Positions 17,944 through 27,367 of a stretch of 64,000 nt of DNA are shown here, in pieces. Every line of letters begins with the position of its first letter. Position 1 is the stretch's first letter. The position numbers were made by a program, and so were the translations under genes. The stretch lies in NCBI GenBank assembly GCA_965649495.1, contig CBFGLD010000002.1, positions 200 through 64,199 of the forward strand, written 5' to 3'. The stretch is from an uncultured Flavihumibacter sp. Its GTDB lineage: Bacteria > Bacteroidota > Bacteroidia > Chitinophagales > Chitinophagaceae. Under the pieces are notes generated by a model that saw nothing but the letters and a program-made list of their open reading frames with translations, was not told the origin of the DNA and made no database searches.

Positions 17944-19389
17944 TCAATCCTGGATGGGAAGGTTCACCACGAAGGTGGTGCCTTTCCCTTCAACCGATTT
18001 CACTTCAATGAAACCTTTATGCGATTGGATGATGTTCATGGTGGAGGCGAGGCCCAGCCCCATTCCATTCCTTTTGGAAGTATAATAGGGTTCAAACAGC
18101 CTGCTTAGTATTTCAGCGGACATTCCACAGCCGTTGTCCGTGATCTCGGTGATGGCAAATTTATCCTTGCGGTACATGCTTACCAGTATCTGTCCCTGCC
18201 CCTCATCAATAGCCTCCACCGCGTTCACCACGATATTCATAAAGGCTATCTTAAGTTTATCCTTATCCGACAAAACCAGAAGCGGCTCCTGTGTGATATC
18301 GCGGATGATGCTGACCTGTTTCAGGCGGATGCTGTCCAGGGCATCGTGCAGTACTTCTTCCATAAGTATTTGAAGGCTGCCCACCTTAAGTTCAAATTCT
18401 GTTGGCCGGGAGCTATTCAATAACTCAGAAATGATATTGCTGATCCGGGAGCTGTTTCGTTTGATGACATCCAGGTATAACTGACCGGCTTCGTCCGTTA
18501 CATCCTGTTGCAGTTGCTCAGCGGAAAGGGATATGTTATTCAGAGGGTTCCGCACTTCATGAGCCAGTGTACGAACCAGCCTGCCAGTAGCAGCAAGTTT
18601 TTCTGCCTGAAGTGTCAACCATTCGGCCTTCTTGAGGTTGGTGATATCGTGCAGGATGCCCTGGATATAGCGCTCACCATTCTGATCCGTTTCTACTGAT
18701 GCAGAAAAGATGCAGCTCTTACGTTCTCCCCTACCTGTAATGATCTCAACTTCGTAGTCGTTTATGGTGTGCCCGGTTTGCAGCAGTTGCAGGATGCGGT
18801 CGGCCACCTGCTGGTCTCCTAATCCCTCACGAAACGGAATATGCGGCAATGCCTCCTTAGGGTAGCCCAAGAGGTCTACGGCTGCCTGGTTTACGTCTTT
18901 CAGGAACATGTCCATATCAGCGATGAAGACCGCATCCATCGATTGTTCAAATATGTTCCTGAATTTCCTTTCGTTTCGTTGAATCTCCTGGAGATAAGAG
19001 TAGCGCTCCAGGGCATAGCGGATGGTTCTTTCCAGTTTTTCACTGTTGAGCTCCGACTTCACCAGGTAATCGTAAGCACCGATCTTCATGGCCATGCGGT
19101 CTATCTCACGGTTACCCTTGCCCGTAAGAAGAATGATCGGTTCCTGGCATTTATTTTCAATAGCCTGCTTTAACAGGTCCACCCCTGTTTTTGCTCCCAG
19201 CCGATAGTCCACGAAATAGAGGTCAAATCTATGTTGCTGCATAATTTCCACCGCAGCGGCGTACTGGCTGGTCCATTCAATTTCAAACTGAGAATCGGGT
19301 ATACTCTTCAGGTAGTCGCTGGTTAGGAAATAATCATCCTCATCATCGTCAACAATCAGGATGCGGATGACTTTATTGGTAAAAGGCAT
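17944..19389 (-). CDS. Hybrid sensor kinase REC-PAS-HisKA-HATPase (NtrB-like H-box)
   Basis: N-terminal receiver (IVDDDEDD, VDYRL, YLVK), PAS, AHEVRNPL, DNGCG, GMGLGL. Confidence 0.9.
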   Translation of the reverse strand: MPFTNKVIRILIVDDDEDDYFLTSDYLKSIPDSQFEIEWTSQYAAAVEIMQQHRFDLYFVDYRLGAKTGVDLLKQAIENKCQEPIILLTGKGNREIDRMAMKIGAYDYLVKSELNSEKLERTIRYALERYSYLQEIQRNERKFRNIFEQSMDAVFIADMDMFLKDVNQAAVDLLGYPKEALPHIPFREGLGDQQVADRILQLLQTGHTINDYEVEIITGRGERKSCIFSASVETDQNGERYIQGILHDITNLKKAEWLTLQAEKLAATGRLVRTLAHEVRNPLNNISLSAEQLQQDVTDEAGQLYLDVIKRNSSRISNIISELLNSSRPTEFELKVGSLQILMEEVLHDALDSIRLKQVSIIRDITQEPLLVLSDKDKLKIAFMNIVVNAVEAIDEGQGQILVSMYRKDKFAITEITDNGCGMSAEILSRLFEPYYTSKRNGMGLGLASTMNIIQSHKGFIEVKSVEGKGTTFVVNLPIQD

Positions 19390-19396
19390 AGGGTTG

Positions 19397-21367
19397 CTAT
19401 TGTTTTTCTGGGATGATAAAGCTGAAGATTGCACCTTCTCCCGGTTTTCCGGATGCGAAGATCTGTCCGTTATGGCGTTCAGCAATTCGCTTGCAAATGG
19501 AAAGGCCTATACCGGAGCCGGGATAATCAGATTTACCATGCAGCCTCTGGAATATTTGAAAGATACGTTGTTCGTAACCCTGGTCAAAACCTATACCGTT
19601 ATCTTCCACGTTAACCTGGTAGTAATTTTTATCCATTCTCAGCAGGTGCAACTCCTTTTCTTTCCGGGTCAGCCTGCTGGCATGGATCCGGATAAGCGGT
19701 TTCACTCCGGGTTTATGAAATTTAAGGGCATTCCCCAGCAGGTTGATGAACATTTGACGGAACTGGGAAGGAATCCCCTCGATGCTGGGAAGTTCATCCA
19801 CCTGCACTACTGCGCCGGATTCTTCGATGGGTATCTCCAGGTCACTGATAGCATCAGCCGCAATTTTATTCAGGTCAACCGTCTCAAAGGAGTGGCTGCT
19901 ACGTGAAACGCGGGAAAGCTCCAGCAGGTTCTCTATCAGGTTGCGCATATTACCGGAGGCCACTTCCATCCTGTCGAGGTACATTTTACCTTCCTCACCC
20001 AATTGTGAGCTGAATTTTTCGCGAAGCCTGGATCCGAAAGTGGTGATCTTACGTAACGGTTCCTGAAGGTCGTGAGAAGCCGCATAAGCAAATTCCTCCA
20101 GTTCCTTATTGGAACGGTTCAATTCCCGTACACTGCGTTGCAGTTCGGTCTCCACCTGCCTGACCTTAGTGATATCGCGGGTCTTCCCAATAATACGGAT
20201 CGGTTTATTGCTATTGTCCACTACCACACGCCCCCTGGAGTTCACCGTTATGAGATTGCCCCTGAGGGTGTGAATGCTGTACTCGATTTCAAAATCAGAC
20301 TTATTTTCAAGTGACTGCTGAACGGCTGCTTCCACTCTGTCTCTATCGTCCTCATGAATCATGGAGAGGTAGAAATCATAGGTTATGGGGGGATCGCCGG
20401 CTTTCTTTTCAAAAACCACATTCAGCCCTTCCGACCAGGAGATTTCCTTACTGGCCAGGTCCATCACATAAACGCCGTAATTCAGCAAAATTTCCGTTTG
20501 AACCTGTAATTCAAGACTGGCTTTACTTTCCAGGTTTTGCAGTAACTGGTCTGAGATGTTGCGAAAATAACCGGTAACCTTCTCCACTTCTCCCGCGGCA
20601 TTTGCAACGGGTTTCCCTATAGAGGTGATGAAAATTCGTTCCCCGTTCTTGCGGGTAACGGAATAATCCATCCTGTACTCTTGATTGGATTGGATGGCAC
20701 GGCGAACTTTTTCCGTGACTTCGGCTTTATCGTTATCACAGATCCTGCTCAGGAGAAACTTCCCTTCCACCTCGGGCAATTCTTCGCGCGTATAACCCAT
20801 AAGGGTATACATTCCTTCTGACCATTCCATTTTATCGGTGGTACGATCCCAGCTCCACATACCAACTTCCAGGGTACGTTCCGCATCTTCCAGCAGCCGC
20901 CTCGCAGCCCTGGCTTCCTCTTCCCGCATCACCTGGTCTGTAATATCCTCTGCTAAAAAAAGCATGGAAGAAGCTGATCCCTGATCATCCCTTTTCAGGA
21001 CAGTGCCAATGGTCCTGAAATACCTGTAATTATTAGCCTTGTGATTGAGGCGGCATTTGTATGCATAACTCGAATTTCCTTCGAGGCTGTAATATTTTTT
21101 CAATTCATCCTGTACCAAGGGAAGATCTTCTTCAAAGATCATCTTGTTCAGGTCATTATCCCAGGCTTCCACATCGGTCCAGTCATACCCCAATAATTCG
21201 GTCACACGTTTATTGATATAACGCAATTTTTTATTGTGCGCATCAAAAACGTAGATCAGTGCCGGAAACAACTCAGCAATTTGCTGTAACATCTCTTCAC
21301 GTTCTTCATTCCCGGCAATCAGCCCGCGCAGTCCCTGTAAAGAGGTGTCAGTTTGTTCGTTTTCCAT
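19397..21367 (-). CDS. Cytoplasmic multi-PAS histidine kinase
   Basis: Three PAS-like repeats, H-box ASHDLQEPLRKI, NLLGNALKF, DNGIGF, GSGIGL; no TM segment. Confidence 0.9.
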   Translation of the reverse strand: MENEQTDTSLQGLRGLIAGNEEREEMLQQIAELFPALIYVFDAHNKKLRYINKRVTELLGYDWTDVEAWDNDLNKMIFEEDLPLVQDELKKYYSLEGNSSYAYKCRLNHKANNYRYFRTIGTVLKRDDQGSASSMLFLAEDITDQVMREEEARAARRLLEDAERTLEVGMWSWDRTTDKMEWSEGMYTLMGYTREELPEVEGKFLLSRICDNDKAEVTEKVRRAIQSNQEYRMDYSVTRKNGERIFITSIGKPVANAAGEVEKVTGYFRNISDQLLQNLESKASLELQVQTEILLNYGVYVMDLASKEISWSEGLNVVFEKKAGDPPITYDFYLSMIHEDDRDRVEAAVQQSLENKSDFEIEYSIHTLRGNLITVNSRGRVVVDNSNKPIRIIGKTRDITKVRQVETELQRSVRELNRSNKELEEFAYAASHDLQEPLRKITTFGSRLREKFSSQLGEEGKMYLDRMEVASGNMRNLIENLLELSRVSRSSHSFETVDLNKIAADAISDLEIPIEESGAVVQVDELPSIEGIPSQFRQMFINLLGNALKFHKPGVKPLIRIHASRLTRKEKELHLLRMDKNYYQVNVEDNGIGFDQGYEQRIFQIFQRLHGKSDYPGSGIGLSICKRIAERHNGQIFASGKPGEGAIFSFIIPEKQ

Positions 21368-22860
21368 TACAGATTATTAAATTGCTGGTATTGCTTCATT
21401 TTATTGTACAGGGTTTTCCTGTCGATATTGAGCAATCTCGCAGCCTTTGTCTTGTTGAAGTTGGATTGTTTCAGCGCTTCCACGATCATTTCGTACTCTG
21501 CGTCAATACTGGCCGACTTCAACGAAAAATCATTCAGTACCGGCTTAACCGGTGCTGGTGCCTGCACCGGATTTCTGTTTTCCGGCATATGTTGCGGGGT
21601 CGTGTTATAGGTAAGCTGGCCATCACTACCCCCTGTGGCAAAATTCAATTTGTTGTGATAAATAATCTCAAAGGGTAAGGATTGCATTTCGACATATTCA
21701 CCATCCGACAACAAGGCCGCGCGTTTCACCACGTTCTTGAGTTCACGCAGGTTTCCAAACCAGGGATATTGGGTAAACACCTGCTGCACTTCCGGGCTGA
21801 AATCGGCGATCTGTTTGCCAAGTTCCGCATTTGTCATGGCAAGGAAATGTCTTGCATATAAAAGAATGTCTTCTGCCCTTTCACGAAGCGGCGGAAGATT
21901 GATGCTGAATTCATTGAAACGGTGGTACAAGTCTTCGCGGAATTTGCCATTGCGGGCTGCATCCCAGAGTTTTTCATTACTGGCAACAATGATCCTGACA
22001 TCCAGTTCTATGTCCTTATTCCCCCCTACCCTTCGAATTTTTCTTTCCTGCACCACCCGTAACAGGGCTACCTGGATATCGTAGGGCAGGTTGCCAATTT
22101 CGTCCAGGAAGATGGTACCGCCGTTTGCCAGCTCCATGCTACCTATTTTCTGGTTCAACGCCCCGGTAAAGGATCCTTTTTCATGACCGAAGAGCTCACT
22201 GCCGGCAAGTTCTTTTGACAGGGCGCCACAATCAATGGCTATGAATGGCTTGTCTTTTCGTTTACTCTGTTCGTGAATTTTTTGTGCAATGGCCTCTTTT
22301 CCGCTACCGCTTTCACCATAAATAATCACGCTGTAGTTAGTGGGAGAGACCAGTTCGATTTGCTTGAGGATGTTTTTCATCTCAGGCGTATTACCGAAAA
22401 TATATTTTTCCCTTGGTGCTTCCAGTGCGGGTTTGCGGCTACCTGGTGCCACCGGTGATGCAACAGGAGTTGCAGCCTGAACGGCCACGGGCGATTTGTC
22501 GGCCGCTTCCAGCGCTTTGCGGATCGTGATCAGAATCTCGTCCGGAAATACCGGCTTGGTGACATAGTCAAATGCACCGAGCTTGAGAATTTCCACTGCC
22601 AGTTTTACATCGCTGTAACCGGTTATAATGATGAATGGCATGCCGGGATACATCTCCCTGGTTTTGGTGAGTACCTGCTTCCCATCCATATCTTCCAGCC
22701 TGAAATCACATAAGACCAGATCAGGTTTTTGCTGGCTCATGTGTTCAAGGGCCTTTTTACCGTTGTACATTTCCGTTACTTCAAATTGCTGACGTGTCAG
22801 GAATCGGTTCAGCAACATACACATGTCCCGGTCATCATCTATCACCAAAATTTTCTGCAT
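21367..22860 (-). CDS. Sigma-54-dependent response regulator (NtrC-type enhancer-binding protein)
   Basis: REC domain; Walker A GESGSGKE, GSFTGA loop, FLDEIG, FREDLYHR, WFGNLRELKN; Fis-type HTH. Confidence 0.95.
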   Translation of the reverse strand: MQKILVIDDDRDMCMLLNRFLTRQQFEVTEMYNGKKALEHMSQQKPDLVLCDFRLEDMDGKQVLTKTREMYPGMPFIIITGYSDVKLAVEILKLGAFDYVTKPVFPDEILITIRKALEAADKSPVAVQAATPVASPVAPGSRKPALEAPREKYIFGNTPEMKNILKQIELVSPTNYSVIIYGESGSGKEAIAQKIHEQSKRKDKPFIAIDCGALSKELAGSELFGHEKGSFTGALNQKIGSMELANGGTIFLDEIGNLPYDIQVALLRVVQERKIRRVGGNKDIELDVRIIVASNEKLWDAARNGKFREDLYHRFNEFSINLPPLRERAEDILLYARHFLAMTNAELGKQIADFSPEVQQVFTQYPWFGNLRELKNVVKRAALLSDGEYVEMQSLPFEIIYHNKLNFATGGSDGQLTYNTTPQHMPENRNPVQAPAPVKPVLNDFSLKSASIDAEYEMIVEALKQSNFNKTKAARLLNIDRKTLYNKMKQYQQFNNL

Positions 22861-22896
22861 GTATCGATTTTATAAGGTTAATTAGTTTTAAAGGGA

Positions 22897-24306
22897 TCAG
22901 GCCCACATTGCCCTTACCTGGGCAACAGGGATCTGTAACAGGTCACGGTATTTTGCAACTGTTCTCCTTGCAACTTTATAACCCTTGTTCATCAATATGG
23001 CTACGAGTTGCTGATCGGTATAGGGATTGGATTTATCTTCCGTACTGATTACTTCTTCCAGTGCGTGGCGGATAACCCGGTTACTGATGACTTCGCCGGA
23101 CTTATTAATAATTCCTTCCGTGAAAAGATCTTTCAGGTGAATCGTTCCGAAATGTGTATCTGCATACTTGTTGCTCGTAAGTCTTGATACTGTTGAGATA
23201 TCCAAACCAACCTGGTCGGCAATATTTTTCAGGATCATCGGTTGCAGCTTATTCACATCACCATCTTCAAAATAATCCTTTTGGTACTGGATAATGGCTT
23301 TGGTGATCTTCATCATGCTTTCATTCCGCTGGCGGATGGCATACAGCAGCCAGTTCGCTGATTGCAGTTTGCTGCGCAGGTACTGCAGGGCGCCTTTATC
23401 CTTGGTAACCTGCATCGTTTCCTGAAGAGCATCACTTACGCGGAAGTTCTCTGCAGTGATACCACACACGGTTATATGAAAGCTATCCCCGTCATGGCTG
23501 ATCTGTATATCCGGAACAATATTATCCTTAGGAGCGATGGAGCTGACGGTTTCTGCCACCGGGCGCATGCACAGCTTACCGATGAACTGAACCACCATAC
23601 GGAACTCTTCTTCGTCGAGGTCAAGGGCATCCATGATCTTTTCAAACCTACGGCCCTTGAAATCATCGTAATGACGGTTCAACAGTTGGGTAGCCACTTT
23701 AACATCGGGGCGCTTCTGGTTCATTCTTCCCAACTGCAATAACCAGCACTCGCGGATATCACGTGCACCAATGCCGCATGGCTCCAGCTGCTGGATGCAC
23801 AGGAGCGCAGCTTCCACTTCTTCGGGGGTGGTCATAAAATGCGCAAAGCTGAAATCGTCTGCAATGGTTTCCAGGTCTTTTTGCAGCAATCCGGTGTCTT
23901 CCAGGCAGTCGATCAGGTAGTTGGCGATCTGGAGTTGCCTGTCATCAGAAACACGCAAGGCCAGTTGCCGGCGGGCATCTTCCCTGAAATCCACTACATC
24001 GGCCATCGGACGATCGGGCATTTCGGTATCGTTAAAATAATTAGCGTATTCCAGGCGGTAATCGGGAACATCATTGTAACCATACTCATCCCAATCTTTG
24101 TAGTCCTGCTCTGATTCCCGGTCGTATTTATCGGAGCAACGATCCTCTCCCTGATCCAGCACTTCCTCCAGGTATGGGTTCTGATCCATTTCCTGGCGAA
24201 TGTGCAGCTGCAGCTCCTGGCTATTTAATTGAAAGAGATTCAGCAATTGAATCTGCTGAGGTAATATCTTTAAGGTCTGTTGCTGGTGTTGTTGCTGGCT
24301 GATCAT
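22897..24306 (-). CDS. rpoN: RNA polymerase sigma-54 factor
   Basis: Gln-rich region I, LEPCGIGAR, HTH DISTVSR, RpoN box ARRTVAKYR. Confidence 0.95.
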   Translation of the reverse strand: MISQQQHQQQTLKILPQQIQLLNLFQLNSQELQLHIRQEMDQNPYLEEVLDQGEDRCSDKYDRESEQDYKDWDEYGYNDVPDYRLEYANYFNDTEMPDRPMADVVDFREDARRQLALRVSDDRQLQIANYLIDCLEDTGLLQKDLETIADDFSFAHFMTTPEEVEAALLCIQQLEPCGIGARDIRECWLLQLGRMNQKRPDVKVATQLLNRHYDDFKGRRFEKIMDALDLDEEEFRMVVQFIGKLCMRPVAETVSSIAPKDNIVPDIQISHDGDSFHITVCGITAENFRVSDALQETMQVTKDKGALQYLRSKLQSANWLLYAIRQRNESMMKITKAIIQYQKDYFEDGDVNKLQPMILKNIADQVGLDISTVSRLTSNKYADTHFGTIHLKDLFTEGIINKSGEVISNRVIRHALEEVISTEDKSNPYTDQQLVAILMNKGYKVARRTVAKYRDLLQIPVAQVRAMWA

Positions 24307-24337
24307 AAACGTACTTTAAAGGTTACTCCCTTATTAA

Positions 24338-24353
24338 AACAATAGCGAAGCCA
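24338..24353 (-). promoter_or_regulatory. Putative sigma-54 promoter upstream of rpoN operon
   Basis: TGGCTTCGCTATTGTT with canonical GG-N10-G spacing, 47 bp before the ATG. Confidence 0.6.
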
Positions 24354-24513
24354 AACAGCAGAAATAGCTTACCCAATTTGAGAAAAACTATAAACAATTG
24401 TATTTCAATTTGATATAGTTAATGGTTTTATAACAGGACTTGGGCTGATGGTCGTAAAGTTAAAACATTTGTGAATCAATTTCCCCGTTTTGGGGAAAAC
24501 AGCAGATCAACTC

Positions 24514-25905
24514 ATGAGAAAGTCGAGTATTTTATACTTGTTGACCGGTTTCATCCTCACATTAGGGGTCTTATCGTTTTTCAGCTGGATGAGTTACCAG
24601 CGGTTGAATGCCATGATTTCATACTCTGACCAGGTGGAAAAAACATTCCGGATCATGAATGCCATGGAGGGATTGAGCAGGGTGGTTGCGGATGCAGAGA
24701 CCTCTGTGCGGGGATACGTCATCACGGGAGACAGTATTTACCTGGAGCCCTTAAAACGGGCTCAGTTGGAGATGCCGCACCTGATAGACACCCTGCGGGA
24801 GTTGGTGAAGGACAACACGGTTCAGAAAAGCCGGCTGGGATTGGTTCGTAATGCAGCCATATTGAGAATACAGCTGTTGGAAAATTCAATAGCACTGGTA
24901 GATAACGGCGTTTTTGATTCTGTCAAAACCAGCCACATGATGAAGGGCAGAAGCCATATGGCCTCTTTCCATTTGGGTATACAGCAGATGATGGAACAGG
25001 AGCAACAAATGCTTCAGGAAAGTTACCAGCAGAAAAATTTTTATCAGTCCATTGCTCCACCGATGTTCAAAAGGGTATTCCTGCTGGTTGGGATAGTATT
25101 CCTGGTTTTATTGGTGTTGCTGGTTCGTGAATTCCTGCAGCGGCTGCGGTTCCAGCATGAGCTACAGGTTCAGTTGATGGCTTTGCACCAAAGCAATGCG
25201 GAATTGACCCAACTAGCCTTCGCTGCTTCCCACGATTTGCAGGAGCCTGTCCGGAAGATCCGGACCTTCCTGGACAGGCTGATCATAAAGCAACGGGATC
25301 TATTAAACGAAGATGGCCGGCATATGATCAACCGTATAGACCACTCTGCACGCCGGTTGCAGGGTATGCTGGAGGATGTATCCAATTATATGAACCTCAT
25401 CGATTCGGATGAAGAGAAAGTGCCGGTTTCGATGATACGTTTGTTGGAAGAGGTGCGTGAGGGGCTGAAGGAACAGATAACTGAAAAAAAAGCCACCTTA
25501 CATATCGGCCAGTTACCGGAGATGAAAGCATACCCGCAACAGGTAAGGATCCTGTTCCGCGCCTTGCTGGATAATGCATTAAAATATTCGAAACCGGGAA
25601 TGGCGCCCGTAATTGACATAATCGCTACGGAAAGAGAGGGCAGCCGATTGGGAGAAGCTATTCCCCACCTTGACAAGACCTACGATGTGGTTATGGTGAG
25701 GGATAATGGAATCGGGTTTGATAATGAGTTCAGGGAAAAGATCTTCCATTTATTCCGGAGGCTGCATACGCAAGAAAAATTTGGTGGTAAAGGCATTGGG
25801 CTGGCCACCTGTCAACGAGTGATGGCCAACCACAATGGCTTTATCCTGGCTGATGCCAAACCTGGAGAAGGGGCAAGTTTTACTTTGTTCTTTCCCAGGG
25901 ATTAA
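24514..25905 (+). CDS. CHASE3-domain membrane sensor histidine kinase
   Basis: TM-CHASE3 (DAETSVRGYVITGD..YLEP)-TM, H-box ASHDLQEPVRKI, DNGIGF, GKGIGL. Confidence 0.9.
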   Translation: MRKSSILYLLTGFILTLGVLSFFSWMSYQRLNAMISYSDQVEKTFRIMNAMEGLSRVVADAETSVRGYVITGDSIYLEPLKRAQLEMPHLIDTLRELVKDNTVQKSRLGLVRNAAILRIQLLENSIALVDNGVFDSVKTSHMMKGRSHMASFHLGIQQMMEQEQQMLQESYQQKNFYQSIAPPMFKRVFLLVGIVFLVLLVLLVREFLQRLRFQHELQVQLMALHQSNAELTQLAFAASHDLQEPVRKIRTFLDRLIIKQRDLLNEDGRHMINRIDHSARRLQGMLEDVSNYMNLIDSDEEKVPVSMIRLLEEVREGLKEQITEKKATLHIGQLPEMKAYPQQVRILFRALLDNALKYSKPGMAPVIDIIATEREGSRLGEAIPHLDKTYDVVMVRDNGIGFDNEFREKIFHLFRRLHTQEKFGGKGIGLATCQRVMANHNGFILADAKPGEGASFTLFFPRD

Positions 25906-26209
25906 ACCGGCTGCAACGCTCACGAATTTTATCGATTGTGATGAGAACGGCATCATCCCAGCGTTTGGAGCGGGAGTATTCGGTCATCTGTCCCTGGTCG
26001 CTGATCAACCTGCACAAAGCCACTTTATCCGGTACAGGATCCAGGGAATCCACTTCCCGGTCGTCGTATAAATTGATCTCCATTCGTTTTACCGATCCTG
26101 AGATCGATTGTATCATCCTCAGTTTCTCCACCATCAGTTCCATTAGTGAACAAATGGCTCTAGGGTCTGTGATGCTGCATTCCAGTTTTACATGAATGTT
26201 GTTGTCCAT
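25880..26209 (-). CDS. Hypothetical protein, possibly a divergent HPF/S30AE-fold protein
   Basis: 109 aa; DKVALCRL...SRSKRWDDAVLITIDKI parallels the 9994-10326 protein. Confidence 0.5.
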   Translation of the reverse strand: MDNNIHVKLECSITDPRAICSLMELMVEKLRMIQSISGSVKRMEINLYDDREVDSLDPVPDKVALCRLISDQGQMTEYSRSKRWDDAVLITIDKIRERCSRFNPWERTK

Positions 26210-26243
26210 AGCAAACGATTTTTTCAGGTGTTTACTATACCAG

Positions 26244-26259
26244 TAGAAAAACCATACCA
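26244..26259 (-). promoter_or_regulatory. Putative sigma-54 promoter
   Basis: TGGTATGGTTTTTCTA, 50 bp before ATG 26209. Confidence 0.5.
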
Positions 26260-26277
26260 TTTCCGGAAAGTTTTCAA

Positions 26278-26293
26278 TGGCACGGTTCTTTAA
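26278..26293 (+). promoter_or_regulatory. Putative sigma-54 promoter of DUF1328 gene
   Basis: TGGCACGGTTCTTTAA (perfect -24 box), 59 bp before ATG 26337. Confidence 0.7.
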
Positions 26294-26336
26294 CATGGAG
26301 ATAAAATATTATTTATTCACTCTAAACTTATATGTT

Positions 26337-26501
26337 ATGTTACGTTGGACACTAATCTTTCTGGTGATAGCGCTGATTGCAGCAGTATTTGGATTTACAG
26401 GAATTGCTGCCGGTGCTGCCGGAGTAGCCAAGATCCTTTTCTACATTTTCCTGGTGATCTTCATTGTTTCGCTGATCATGGGTATGTTGCGAAAGGGGTA
26501 A
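26337..26501 (+). CDS. DUF1328 (YtjA/UPF0391) small membrane protein
   Basis: [35 protein letters not shown] signature. Confidence 0.93.
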   Translation: MLRWTLIFLVIALIAAVFGFTGIAAGAAGVAKILFYIFLVIFIVSLIMGMLRKG

Positions 26502-26514
26502 AGATTCTACAATT

Positions 26515-26540
26515 AAGGCACCCACGGGGTGCCTTTTTCT
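26515..26540 (+). terminator. Intrinsic terminator
   Basis: AAGGCACCC-ACG-GGGTGCCTT followed by T-tract. Confidence 0.75.
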
Positions 26541-26555
26541 TTATATCTTACTGAT

Positions 26556-26987
26556 ATGGACAAGATCTACATTTTGGTTGCAGAGGATGACGCGGATGAT
26601 CGCTTCCTGCTGGAGACTGCCTTTGCGGAAAAAGGATTCAGTGAGAAACTCACCTTTGTAGAGAATGGTGTGGAGTTGCTGGAACATCTTCGTAAAAAAG
26701 ATACGACGCTGAACGATACAGAAAACCAATTGCCTGGGTTTATCCTGCTGGATCTGAACATGCCCAAAAAAGATGGCAGGGAAGTATTAAAAGAAATAAA
26801 AGCAGACCCGCGGTTTAAAAAGATACCGGTCATCGTTTTTACCACTACGCGCAATGAGAAAGATATTCATAATTGCTATGAACTGGGGGCAAATACGTAT
26901 GTAATCAAACCTGTTGGATTTGAATCCTTATTACAGACGATTGAAGATATCCGGACCTACTGGTTCAAAACCGCCAGGATTCCATAA
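26556..26987 (+). CDS. Single-domain response regulator (Rcp1/phytochrome-RR-like)
   Basis: AEDDADD, LLDLNMPKKDGREVL, YELGANTYVIKP, YWF C-terminus. Confidence 0.9.
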   Translation: MDKIYILVAEDDADDRFLLETAFAEKGFSEKLTFVENGVELLEHLRKKDTTLNDTENQLPGFILLDLNMPKKDGREVLKEIKADPRFKKIPVIVFTTTRNEKDIHNCYELGANTYVIKPVGFESLLQTIEDIRTYWFKTARIP

Positions 26988-27001
26988 TAACAAAATTCCG
27001 G

Positions 27002-27367
27002 TCATTTCTTCCGGAATTTTTCAGCAATAGCTTTGAGCCAAAGGTTGGCCCTGCCTGATAATACATTGGAAGATAAAACGCGCATAACCATCGGCATCAA
27101 CAGGCGGTTGAATCCTCCCGCGCGTTTGAACATGGTCCTTCTTAACAACACATCAATACCCATTTCAACTCCCAGTTTCAGGAGTGGTGCCATAGCTGGG
27201 CGGGAAGTGACGGAAGCAATGTTCTGGAACAGGTTGGTCACCGGCCTGGCCTGTTCGCGTATCGATGCGAAATCAGTCCGTATCTGTTCTTTCTGGCTAG
27301 CCAACAAGGCTTCCAGCCGGCGCCTTTCTTCCTGTAACGATTTATAATCTGTTATAGTGTTAGTCAT
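27002..27367 (-). CDS. Hypothetical protein (coiled coil plus amphipathic helices)
   Basis: ITDYKSLQEERRRLEALL; overlaps the upstream gene's stop. Confidence 0.75.
   Translation of the reverse strand: MTNTITDYKSLQEERRRLEALLASQKEQIRTDFASIREQARPVTNLFQNIASVTSRPAMAPLLKLGVEMGIDVLLRRTMFKRAGGFNRLLMPMVMRVLSSNVLSGRANLWLKAIAEKFRKK

Noticed and set aside
26277-26336. Extended N-termini in the ORF track (e.g. 26277, 26296, 14187, 12311, 10356, 19485)
   Set aside because: The extensions run through promoter motifs or neighbouring genes; downstream ATGs match family N-termini
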